64,000 bases of DNA. It comes from a virus. The position numbers and the translations under genes are program-made. Shown one piece after another: positions 28,180-39,200 of the stretch. The notes beneath the pieces are model-generated. The model saw only the letters and a program-made list of their open reading frames with translations, ran no database searches and was not told the DNA's origin. The stretch spans positions 1 through 64,000 of IMG/VR virus record IMGVR_UViG_3300034190_001539; one strand, given 5' to 3'. The number at the start of each line of letters is the position of its first letter. The first letter of the stretch is position 1.

Positions 28180-31100
28180 TTAGTCTCTGATTGGTGTTAT
28201 TAAATAATTTTCTACAACTAAATAATCAATATCATTTTTAAGAAAACATCTTATAGCATCAGCAGGTGTCTCTACTATAGGTTCACCAGCCTCATTAAAA
28301 GATGTATTCAATATTACTGGAATGCCTGATAGCTTTCCGAACTCTTTTATAACATCATAATATCTTTGATTGGTTTCTCTTCTTACAGTTTGTAATCTAG
28401 CAGTTCCATCTACGTGTGTTATGGATGGCAACTTTTTTTTAAACTCCTCTTTTACTTGAGCTATTAACAACATATATGGGCTTTCTGTAGTATGTGTAAA
28501 GTATTTATCAGCATCTTCTACAGTACAAGCAGGAGCAAATGGTCTATACCACTCTCTATGTTTTACCCTATTGTTAATTATATCTTGCATATCGGGATGT
28601 GTTGGATCTCCTAATATACTACGATGTCCTAATGCTCTTGGCCCCATTTCACTTCCACCTTGAAAGAAACCAACAACTTTTCCTTCGTGTACAAATGAGG
28701 CAATTTTTTTAGCTAAAGCATCCTCATCCTCAATTTTTTCGTAAGTTATTTTATCAACATTATTTATATCACTCATTATTTCCTCCTCAGAGTAATCTTT
28801 ACCCATAAAGACAGTCTCTTCTTTATTACTTAAATTTACCTTACCTTTGTCAGGATGAAAATTGTAATATCCATAAAAAGCAGTTCCAATTGATATACCA
28901 CCATCGTCTGCTGCTGGTACATAAAAATGGTCATCAAATAAATCTAAATCGACTATTTTTTGATTAGCAATTGAATTAAGGAAGCAACCACCAGCGCCTG
29001 TCAAGTATTTAACATCGGAATTCATTGAAGCCTTTTTAGCTAAAAATAATATTAAATCTTCAAATTTATTTTGAATCATCCAAGCCCAATCAGCTTTTGA
29101 TTGAAAATCTTCTGATGCTATATTAGAACTAAAATATTCTGGTCTTGGAGAATCTATATACATAAGAGTTTCTGCAGTTTGTTCTTCTCTCGGAACTGCG
29201 TGATGTACTCTTATAAAATAATCTCCTGATTTTGGGTCTGGGTCTATATAAACCATTTTCTCATTAAATCTTTTGTTAGCTACCTCAGGCCTACCATATG
29301 AAGCTAAACCCATAAGTTTTCCAGCATCATATAGTCCATCCATACCTATGTAGTTACAACCTAAAGCATAAAGTTCTCCAACTGACTGTCCTAATGTCGG
29401 CCATAATTCACCAGCTTCTGGAAAAGGTTTATAAGCTCCGTATATTTTAGTGAATACACCCTTTTTAATTTCATAGATACTACTGGCCTCTACACATTTC
29501 TCTATCGGATATTTTTTCATATGTGCTATTTTGTTGGTGGTGAACTTATCAATCACATCTCTGAAATTGGTTTCTCCGCCAGCATCTACTACAATCGAAA
29601 CAGACTCTTCAAACCCACTCGAATAGTGTGCTGAATAAGCATGAGCTAAATGATGAGTACAATAGTTTAATCTATCTTCAGTAAAATGCCAACCATTGTC
29701 TTTTAGTCTATTAGCCCAAAGTCCATTTGGATCAATTGCTAAGTCAGGAGGTAAACCTATACCATTCCAAACAATTCTTTCCAAATCTTTTTTAGTTATT
29801 CCAGCATAATCTAAACAATATTCCATAGCTTTCCAAGGAAAATCATCATTAGCCTCATCGTGCTTTATTCTAGAAATTCTTTCTGAATTTATTGAGACAA
29901 ATACTTTTCCATTTTTTACTAGTGTAGCGCCAGAGTCGTGTCCAATATTTACCCCCATAACCCATCTATCTTCACCAACTTTAATAGGTTCTATGTTATT
30001 TTTGTTTTTATTAAAAACAATAGTTCCATCATATGAATCACTGCTACCTTTTTTATATTTAGGTACAAAACCACATTTTGTTAATTTTTTTAATAAAGGC
30101 TGTAATCTATCAGTATTATGATGAAACTCTAATAAGATTTGATTTACATTATTTTTTAAATAATCTTCGCTAGCATTTAAGAAGATTTCATATTCGGCAC
30201 CCTCTACATCACATTTAATAAGATCTATATAATCTATTTTGTTCTGTTTGATAAAATCATCAAAAGACAAACATTCAACATTAGCAGTTGTTATATCTCT
30301 TTCAAATGTATATGGATTGTTATAATTAACAGGATTAACCCATTTTTCTATTTCAGGCCAATCGTTGATATAAAAAGAACCATTTGATGTAGAATGTTGT
30401 GGGTATTTTAACCATCTATTTTCAGTAATTTCTCCTAATGCACTATTGGAAATAATTACATTATCTGATTCTTTAAATGTTTTGTTAAGTCCACTCCACA
30501 AATCCGGATTTGGTTCTAGTGAATAACAAACTTTAACATTTTGTTTTGAAACCCATCTTGTGAAAACTCCTATATGTGATCCTATATCCATCACCACAGA
30601 ATCTTCGTTAAGATTGAATAAACCTTTATACTCATCTGCATAAAATATTTCTTTATGGTTTGCCCAATTTACATCAAATTCATTAGTTATATATTTAAAT
30701 TCATCTTTATTTTTAACAGAGTTGTCATTTAATTTTATGCTAAATGTTTTAATTTTAATTTTTTCTTTTGTGTAAACTACGACATCTACTTTATCTAAAT
30801 AATAATTTTCCCAAGGAGTAACATAATTAAATGGAAGCCAATAAGATGTATTCTCATCAAAAGCTATTTTTGAAGTGTATAAGGTTAAATCAGAATATGG
30901 GTCTACTACTCTGACAATAAATTCCGATTTCCTATCATTATAAAACCAAAGTTTACCTACTTCTGTTGCATCTACTGTTAGATTTGTAACATTTTTTATC
31001 TTATTACCTAATTTTATTTTTTTATTTAACATAACTTTTATTCCCTCAATCACCATTTCAGGTGTTATTTTTTTAGTACACTCAAATTCTCTATCTGTTC

Positions 31101-32175
31101 CTTTTTGTTTTGGACAAAAATTCCAATCGCCTGGAGAAAAACCATCTGTATGCCAACAACCTGTACAAACATTGTCATCATTTTCTAAGTTGATGTGTTT
31201 GGTTTTATCAGCAAAATTATACCAAGAATAATTATGTCCGTGAATTAAAACCACTGGAATATCTACAGCCCAAGCCAACCAACTTAATCCAGAACTTACA
31301 CCTATAAATAGTTCAGCATACTTTAAATCACCAATTCTATCTTCAATTGGTAAATCACCTGATTTATCAATAATACCAGTCGGATTTATATTGCCCATAT
31401 AACCGCTATCTTCTCTAGATAAATATACAACTTTATACCCAATCTTCAAAAAATAATCAACTACTTTTTGCCAACCACCATCATTATTCCAATATTTAAG
31501 TTGTGCGCTAGCGTGGGGTCCTATACAAATGTACTTACCCTCAATTTTATTTTTAGGTTCAAATTTTTCTAAATTAAGCTTTGGTTTAATTTCTTTAGTT
31601 GGCAATCCTAATATATCCGAAGCTGCTTGTTGCATAGAAATATTAGATAAGTCTACTTTATTATAAGAATCATTAAATTCATAAAATGGTTCTGTATTTT
31701 TATAACCAAAAACACCAACCTCATATGTAGCATAAAAAGATTTTGTTGGCCATTCTGATCCTTCTTTCCAAAAAGTAAAATCGTAAGTTTCTTTAAATAT
31801 TTCTGGAAAAATTGTTCCACAGAATATTTTACAATTATGTTTTTTTCTAAACTCTTCTACATAAGAAATCCAGGCAAAGTTGTCGCCTAACATATTTGAA
31901 GATATTCTTACAAAAACTTCTTTGTCTTTTAAATCTAATTGATGTTCATAGATTAGTTTACCATCTTCATATATTACTATCTTCCAATCAGTATACCATT
32001 TTCTAGAATACATAGCTGAAACACCAATTGATACTGTAGCATCGTATACTAATGTATCAGCATCCCAAAACTCTATGGTATATTCGGAATTATTTTTACG
32101 CTTTGAATTGATTATTACAAATGGACCTGAATCGAAGTTGAATTCTATTTTCAAATCTCTTATAGTCTTTATCAA
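28180..32175 (-). CDS. Fusion of Aah/TibC-like protein O-heptosyltransferase, FkbM-type methyltransferase and complete carbamoyltransferase
   Basis: SNMLGDNFAW, ASAQLKYWNN, FIGVSSGLSWLAWA and 4-Cys finger CTGCW...CP...EC; DIGSHIG and IDLIKCDVEGAE; HHLAHA...GPRALGHRS...HREWYRPFAP...LNTSFN. Start is uncertain (see findings). Confidence 0.88.
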   Translation of the reverse strand: MIKTIRDLKIEFNFDSGPFVIINSKRKNNSEYTIEFWDADTLVYDATVSIGVSAMYSRKWYTDWKIVIYEDGKLIYEHQLDLKDKEVFVRISSNMLGDNFAWISYVEEFRKKHNCKIFCGTIFPEIFKETYDFTFWKEGSEWPTKSFYATYEVGVFGYKNTEPFYEFNDSYNKVDLSNISMQQAASDILGLPTKEIKPKLNLEKFEPKNKIEGKYICIGPHASAQLKYWNNDGGWQKVVDYFLKIGYKVVYLSREDSGYMGNINPTGIIDKSGDLPIEDRIGDLKYAELFIGVSSGLSWLAWAVDIPVVLIHGHNYSWYNFADKTKHINLENDDNVCTGCWHTDGFSPGDWNFCPKQKGTDREFECTKKITPEMVIEGIKVMLNKKIKLGNKIKNVTNLTVDATEVGKLWFYNDRKSEFIVRVVDPYSDLTLYTSKIAFDENTSYWLPFNYVTPWENYYLDKVDVVVYTKEKIKIKTFSIKLNDNSVKNKDEFKYITNEFDVNWANHKEIFYADEYKGLFNLNEDSVVMDIGSHIGVFTRWVSKQNVKVCYSLEPNPDLWSGLNKTFKESDNVIISNSALGEITENRWLKYPQHSTSNGSFYINDWPEIEKWVNPVNYNNPYTFERDITTANVECLSFDDFIKQNKIDYIDLIKCDVEGAEYEIFLNASEDYLKNNVNQILLEFHHNTDRLQPLLKKLTKCGFVPKYKKGSSDSYDGTIVFNKNKNNIEPIKVGEDRWVMGVNIGHDSGATLVKNGKVFVSINSERISRIKHDEANDDFPWKAMEYCLDYAGITKKDLERIVWNGIGLPPDLAIDPNGLWANRLKDNGWHFTEDRLNYCTHHLAHAYSAHYSSGFEESVSIVVDAGGETNFRDVIDKFTTNKIAHMKKYPIEKCVEASSIYEIKKGVFTKIYGAYKPFPEAGELWPTLGQSVGELYALGCNYIGMDGLYDAGKLMGLASYGRPEVANKRFNEKMVYIDPDPKSGDYFIRVHHAVPREEQTAETLMYIDSPRPEYFSSNIASEDFQSKADWAWMIQNKFEDLILFLAKKASMNSDVKYLTGAGGCFLNSIANQKIVDLDLFDDHFYVPAADDGGISIGTAFYGYYNFHPDKGKVNLSNKEETVFMGKDYSEEEIMSDINNVDKITYEKIEDEDALAKKIASFVHEGKVVGFFQGGSEMGPRALGHRSILGDPTHPDMQDIINNRVKHREWYRPFAPACTVEDADKYFTHTTESPYMLLIAQVKEEFKKKLPSITHVDGTARLQTVRRETNQRYYDVIKEFGKLSGIPVILNTSFNEAGEPIVETPADAIRCFLKNDIDYLVVENYLITPIRD

Positions 32176-32254
32176 TTTTTTTTCTCTTTAGCCATTAAAA
32201 CCCTTTGTTATATATATACTATGAAAACATCAAAAAATAATTTATTTTTGCATT

Positions 32255-32500
32255 TTAGTACGAACCACTAACATCATTTCCTATCCAAAATAGATTACAT
32301 TCTGGACAAAATGAACCTGTTATAAAGTCTCCTATCTCTTCATCATCGCTATCCATATCGTGAGTTGAAGATATTTTTAGTAATGAACCTGAAGTCGCTC
32401 CTTTTGTACTAATGATACTATAATCTTCCGTTCTGCATATGTATATTGATTCGGATAATTGTGTTGTTCCATCACAACTTCCACTGTGTATTAGACTCAT
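32255..32500 (-). CDS. Small Cys-containing protein next to the fibre genes
   Basis: 81 aa, four Cys including CPEC; four [S/T]GS motifs. Confidence 0.6.
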   Translation of the reverse strand: MSLIHSGSCDGTTQLSESIYICRTEDYSIISTKGATSGSLLKISSTHDMDSDDEEIGDFITGSFCPECNLFWIGNDVSGSY

Positions 32501-32504
32501 ATCA

Positions 32505-33278
32505 TTATCCTGTTATGTAAATACCTAAGAAAAGAGTACCCATATTTGATCCGTAACCATAGCCTGTAAAATCAATAGTATTAGAAGAAAATGTAATTTC
32601 AGGAAACCTTAGATAAACATCTTTGCTAGCACCAGCACCACTTGATTCATAATAAATAGTATCACCATTTACACCTGTTCCACTTGACGGAGGTGTACCA
32701 TTACGGTGATTCCATCTTCCTGCCGTAGTCGCAGTAGCTATATCAATAAATGTAGCGCTGTGATCGTATGCTGTATTAGTGGTTAGGGATGTTGTTTGAA
32801 TACCAGTGAATCCTGCTGTAGCGAATGATGACCATCTTTCGGTGGAGTTATAATTTATTCTTCTCACCTGAGCATCAGATCTAAAAGAAGTTCCTGACTC
32901 AAATCTAAAGAAAATGTGACCTGTATTGCCGATGATTGATGCTCCTGCATAAGCTGCTGCTGATAAATCTATACCGGAAACAGTTACTAAACCAGTACCT
33001 TGATCTCCTGAAAACATTTGAGTAGAGCTACTATTACCATAAGAGCCTACCGCTACCTTATCATGATCGTAGGCATAAAATTCGGACATCGCGTGTGGAG
33101 TAAGACCATCAGGTCTATCATCGGAAGCATTAGCAGTATTTATAGTACCTTCTATACCACGAGAACAATCTTCTAATGATATTGGATTACCATCAAAAAT
33201 AGCTGTTGAATAATCATTGGTTCTTATTTCTTGATGTATACCTTTTAATGATATTGCACCACTACTTGGAACTGCCAT
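32505..33278 (-). CDS. Putative fibre-tip adhesin / receptor-binding protein
   Basis: [11 protein letters not shown]...MSEFYAY N-terminal module typical of genes that follow S74-ended fibres; TAATG-coupled to the fibre gene. Confidence 0.6.
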   Translation of the reverse strand: MAVPSSGAISLKGIHQEIRTNDYSTAIFDGNPISLEDCSRGIEGTINTANASDDRPDGLTPHAMSEFYAYDHDKVAVGSYGNSSSTQMFSGDQGTGLVTVSGIDLSAAAYAGASIIGNTGHIFFRFESGTSFRSDAQVRRINYNSTERWSSFATAGFTGIQTTSLTTNTAYDHSATFIDIATATTAGRWNHRNGTPPSSGTGVNGDTIYYESSGAGASKDVYLRFPEITFSSNTIDFTGYGYGSNMGTLFLGIYITG

Positions 33279-36200
33279 TATTTCAACGCCTCTAGTTCTC
33301 GTCTAAGTTCATCGATTTGTTTTTGTTGGTCCTTTATAGACTCTATTAGTAATGGAACTATCTTTTCGTATTTTACTGTCAAGTAATCTTCACCAGATTT
33401 TGAATTACCATCTTTATCTAAATCAAAAGGAGCAATATGAACAACTTCTGGTAATACTTTTTGTACAGATTGTGCACTAACACCTATTTGAATATCATCA
33501 TGTTCAAATCCAAAACTTTTTGCTAAATCATTGTTTTTGTAAGTAAATACTTCTATATCCTTAATTTTATTTATTGGATTATCTATACCAATTTTAATTC
33601 TATCTTTTAGTCTAGTATCTGAATAGTAAGCAGTTACATCACCAGTGACTGTAAAGTTGGTTGTAGTTACATCAATTCTAGCGGTAGAATCTCCATCATA
33701 AATTGCAATTCGTTGAGTAGAATTTCCACCACCATTTAAGAAAAGAGTACCTCCATTTTTAGCACTTACAAATGTGTGACCATCTGTCGTATCATAAAGC
33801 ATCAGATAATCAGTAGTATTATGGTCATCTGTAGTGAATGCTAAATATCTAGCAGTGCTAGCTGCCCAAGGTTTCATTTGAAAATGATGAGTTGCTACTG
33901 TAGCGGCTGAAAAGTCTCCTGTTATATCTAAAGGACCAGTAAGAATGAAATCAGTACCATCCCATACTAAAGAAGCATCAAAACTCGCAACCGCTGCCCC
34001 AGTTCCAAATACAAGCTTTGTATTATCATAAAATTTAAGGTGGTCTTGTGATTCATCCCAAATCATTTTTCTAGCTGAGGTAGCACCAAAGAATGTTACA
34101 TCTATTCCAGTATCATCTACACCAAATTCAACTGGAGCACCTGAAAATCTAGATTGATCTTCGGCAAAATGAACCCTTTCACCAATAGCTTTAATTGTAA
34201 CATTATTGATTGCATCTGAGTCTTGGGTGTCACCTATTGTCATTGTTTGACCATTGACATGTATTCCACCATTTTGAGCATTATGGCCAGATGATGCTAT
34301 CTTTAGTTCTGCATTAGTTGCACTTACTGACAAAATAGTACCATCAAAAGTCATATTAGCTTCAGCATTTATTGTAGATGAATCTACAGATGTTATTACT
34401 CTGTTATTAGTCTGATTGGTATACGAAGTTATTCCAGCATTACCACCAGTTCCACCAGTAGCACCTTGAGCGCCTTGCGCTCCAGTTCCGCCTGTTCCAC
34501 CAGTAGCACCTGTACCACCTGTTCCACCAGTGCCTGTTCCACCAGTTCCACCAGTAGCTCCAGTTTGACCTGTACCACCAGTTCCGCCTGTTCCACCAGT
34601 AGCACCTGTACCACCAGTTCCGCCTGTGCCAGTTCCACCAGTTCCACCAGTTCCACCTGTTCCGCCTGTAGCGCCAGTTTGACCAGTTCCTCCTGTTCCG
34701 CCTGTTTCTCCAGTACCACCAGTACCACCAGTTCCAGTTCCGCCAGTACCACCTGTGTGACCTGTACCACCAGTAGCACCAGTTGCTCCAGTAGCGCCTG
34801 TTTGTCCAGTTCCTCCAGTTCCACCAGTTCCAGTTCCACCTGTTCCGCCAGTAATGCCTTGCGCTCCAATTCCACCTGTTCCGCCTGTAATGCCTTGCGC
34901 TCCAATTCCACCAGTTCCTCCAGTTTGACCTGTACCACCAGTAGCACCAGTTGCTCCAGTAGCGCCTGTTTGTCCAGTTCCTCCTGTACCACCAGTTCCA
35001 GTTCCACCAGTTCCGCCAGTACCACCAGTACCACCAGTATGTCCAGTAGCACCTGTAGCGCCTGTTTGTCCAGTTCCGCCAGTTCCGCCAGTACCAGTAC
35101 CACCAGTACCACCAGTTCCGCCTGTTCCACCTGTTCCACCAGTAGCACCTACACCACCAGTACCACCTGTTTGACCTGTTCCACCAGTACCACCAGTGCC
35201 TGTTCCACCAGTTCCGCCAGTGTGACCTGTTCCCCCAGTTCCACCAGTATTACCTTGTCCACCAGTTCCGCCTGTTTGTCCAGTTCCACCTGTTCCACCA
35301 GTACCTGTTCCGCCTGTTCCACCAGTTTGACCAGTTCCGCCTGTTCCACCAGTTCCACCAGTCGCTGTACTAGCTGCTCCAGTTCCACCAGTTCCACCAG
35401 TTCCACCAGTAGCACCTGTTTGTCCAGTTCCTCCAGTTCCGCCAGTTCCGCCTGTTTGTCCAGTTCCGCCAGTTCCACCAGTTGCTCCTTGCGCTCCAAT
35501 TCCACCAGTTCCGCCTGTACCAGTTCCACCAGTTCCACCAGTAGCACCTGTTTGTCCAGTTCCTCCAGTTCCTCCAGTTCCGCCAGTTGCTCCTTGCGCT
35601 CCAGTTCCGCCTGTTCCTCCAGTACCTGTTCCACCAGTTCCACCAGTTGCTCCAGTTTGACCTGTACCGCCAGTTCCACCTGTCTGTCCAGTTCCACCTG
35701 TTCCACCAGTTTGACCTGTTCCACCAGTTCCGCCTGTTGCTGTACTAGCTGCTCCAGTTCCGCCAGTACCACCAGTACCAGTTCCGCCTGTTCCACCAGT
35801 TCCTCCAGTAGCGCCAGTTTGACCTGTTCCGCCTGTTCCACCAGTTGCTCCTTGCGCTCCAATTCCACCAGTTCCACCTGTGCCAGTTCCACCAGTTCCA
35901 CCAGTAGCACCTGTCTGTCCAGTACCACCTGTTCCGCCAGTTCCACCAGTAGCACCTTGCGCTCCAGTTCCGCCAGTTCCGCCAGTGCCAGTTCCACCAG
36001 TTCCACCAGTTCCACCAGTAGCACCTGTTTGTCCAGTTCCTCCAGTTCCGCCAGTTGCTCCTTGCGCCCCAATTCCACCAGTTCCTCCAGTACCTGTTCC
36101 GCCAGTACCACCTGTGTGACCTGTACCACCAGTTCCACCAGTAGCTCCTACTCCACCAGTTCCACCTGTTGCACCTACTCCACCAGTACCACCAGTACCT

Positions 36201-39200
36201 GTACCACCAGTTCCACCAGTTGCTCCAGTAGCACCTGTTTGTCCAGTTCCACCAGTTCCACCAGTAGCGCCTTGCGTTCCAATTCCACCAGTTCCTCCAG
36301 TGCCTGTTCCGCCAGTACCACCAGTTGCTCCAGTAGCACCTGTTTGTCCAGTTCCACCAGTTCCTCCAGTAGCGCCTTGCGTTCCAATTCCACCTGTTCC
36401 ACCAGTACCAGTTCCACCAGTACCACCTGTGTGACCAGTTCCACCAGTTCCGCCTGTAGCACCTACTCCGCCAGTTCCGCCTGTAGCACCTACACCACCA
36501 GTTCCACCAGTACCAGTTCCGCCAGTTCCACCAGTAGCACCAGTTGCTCCAGTAGCGCCTGTTTGTCCAGTCCCACCAGTTCCGCCAGTTTGACCTGTAC
36601 CACCAGTTCCGCCTGTGCCAGTTCCACCAGTTCCGCCTGTAGCACCTGTTTGTCCAGTTCCACCAGTACCACCAGTTGCTGTACTAGCTGCTCCAGTTCC
36701 GCCAGTTCCACCAGTTCCAGTTCCGCCAGTTCCACCTGTGTGACCAGTTCCGCCAGTTCCGCCTGTAGCTCCTATACCACCAGTACCACCTGTTGCGCCT
36801 ACACCACCAGTTCCGCCTGTAGCACCTACACCGCCAGTTCCACCAGTAGCACCTGTTTGTCCAGTTCCGCCTGTTCCACCAGTAGCACCTGTTTGTCCAG
36901 TTCCACCAGTACCACCAGTTCCTACTGTATAATCTACTCCATCTATTTGTAACAATCCAAACGAACCAGTTGAGGTTGATGAACCACTTATTGCATGTTG
37001 TCCACCAGTATAAACTATTCCATCACCCGTACCATTGTTTGTAATTGTTATTGCACCATTATTACCATCTTGCCTTAGATGTATTAATTCATTGTCCATT
37101 GAAGCATTTTCAGCAATAACACTAACAAGTGGATTTGCGGTAGCTGCCGCATTTGAGTATATCTCTAATGCTTTATCACCCGAATTAGTCGTATCTATGT
37201 AAACAGCTGGTGTGTCATAATCATCATGGTCAATGTGTATTGCTGTTTTATTATCTGAATATATTGATAGTGCAGCAGTATTTTCAATGTTTGATGAGTG
37301 TCCACCAAAAATTGACATTTTTTGAAATACTTCAAGTTTGTCCTCTACACGAGCTTTACTTGATTCTAACCTACCAAACGAACCAGTTGATGTTACTGAG
37401 CCACTTATGTTTCCAAGAGGCAACTCCAAATTACCTTCTTTAGTTAGTATAAAAGTATCTTGCATACCACCATCATTTTGTGATATAACAAACGATACAC
37501 TTGTTTCATCAAATCTTACTTTATTTTCACCACCTAATTTTAATTGACCAGTGTTTACAACCTCAGTTGTCATCTGAGAGTTGTCTACTTTAAATTTATC
37601 GTTTCCACCATTTCTATAAACTAATTGGTCATTATCATAAACTAATGAACCATTAGCATCAAAAACATAACTAAAAGATGTACCCTCTGTCCTTCCAAAC
37701 GAACCAGTTGATTCAAATGAACCACTTAAAAAAGTTCCATCAATAGTAAAGTTAGATTCAGCAGTTCCTGAACCATCACCATCTGCAGTTAATATTCTGT
37801 TCTCTCCATCATTGGCGATTGCCATAAATCCACCAGTTCCGCCTGTTTGACCTGTGCCACCAGTTCCACCAGTAGCACCTGTTTGTCCAGTTCCGCCTGT
37901 TCCACCAGTAGCACCTATACCACCAGTTCCACCAGTTCCAGTTCCACCAGTTCCGCCAGTAGCACCAGTTGCTCCAGTCTGTCCAGTTCCTCCAGTTCCT
38001 CCAGTTTGACCTGTACCACCAGTTCCACCAGTTTCGCCTGTTCCTCCTGTACCACCAGTCGCTGTACTAGCTGCTCCAGTTCCACCTGTACCACCAGTAC
38101 CAGTTCCACCAGTACCACCTGTGTGACCAGTTCCACCAGTTCCGCCTGTTTGTCCAGTTCCTCCTGTTCCGCCAGTTTGACCTGTACCACCAGTTCCACC
38201 AGTGCCTGTTCCACCAGTACCACCAGTTGCTCCAGTAGCACCAGTTGCTCCAGTTTGTCCAGTTCCTCCTGTTCCGCCAGTTTGACCTGTACCACCAGTT
38301 CCACCAGTGCCTGTTCCACCAGTTCCACCAGTTCCGCCTGTAGCGCCTGTTTGTCCAGTTCCACCTGTTCCGCCTGTAGCGCCTTGCGCTCCAATTCCAC
38401 CAGTTCCTCCAGTACCTGTTCCACCAGTTCCACCAGTCGCTCCAGTTGCTCCAGTTTCACCTGTTTGACCAGTTCCGCCTGTTCCGCCTGTAACACCTAC
38501 TCCACCAGTACCACCAGTACCAGTTCCGCCAGTTCCACCAGTAGCGCCAGTCTGACCTGTACCACCAGTTCCGCCAGTTTGACCAGTTCCGCCTGTTCCA
38601 CCTGTTTCGCCTGTACCACCAGTTCCGCCTGTTGCTGTACTAGCTGCTCCAGTTCCACCTGTTCCACCAGTACCTGTTCCACCAGTACCACCAGTAGCAC
38701 CTGTTGCTCCAGTCTGTCCAGTTCCACCAGTTCCGCCTGTAGCGCCTTGCGCTCCAATTCCTCCAGTACCACCAGTTCCAGTTCCACCTGTTCCGCCTGT
38801 TTGACCAGTACCACCTGTTCCACCAGTAGCACCTATACCACCAGTTCCTCCTGTAGCACCTACTCCACCAGTACCGCCAGTTCCAGTTCCACCTGTTCCG
38901 CCAGTTTGACCTGTTCCACCAGTACCGCCAGTACCTGTTCCACCAGTTCCGCCTGTGCCTCCTGTTGCACCTGTTTCTCCAGTTCCTCCAGTACCCCCAG
39001 TAGCGGTAGACGCAGCGCCAGTTCCGCCTGTTCCACCAGTTCCAGTTCCTCCTGTTCCGCCTGTTTCTCCAGTTCCACCAGTTCCGCCTGTTTGTCCAGT
39101 TCCGCCAGTTCCCCCTGTAACACCTACTCCACCAGTACCACCAGTGCCTGTTCCACCAGTTCCACCAGTTCCGCCTGTTGCTCCAGTAGCACCTGTTTGT

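Noticed and set aside
20940-32175. DNA hypermodification as the role of the glycosyl/carbamoyl cluster
   Set aside because: Not excluded, but disfavoured: the cluster is embedded in the structural module, its lead domain resembles a protein O-glycosyltransferase, and no base hydroxymethylase is adjacent.
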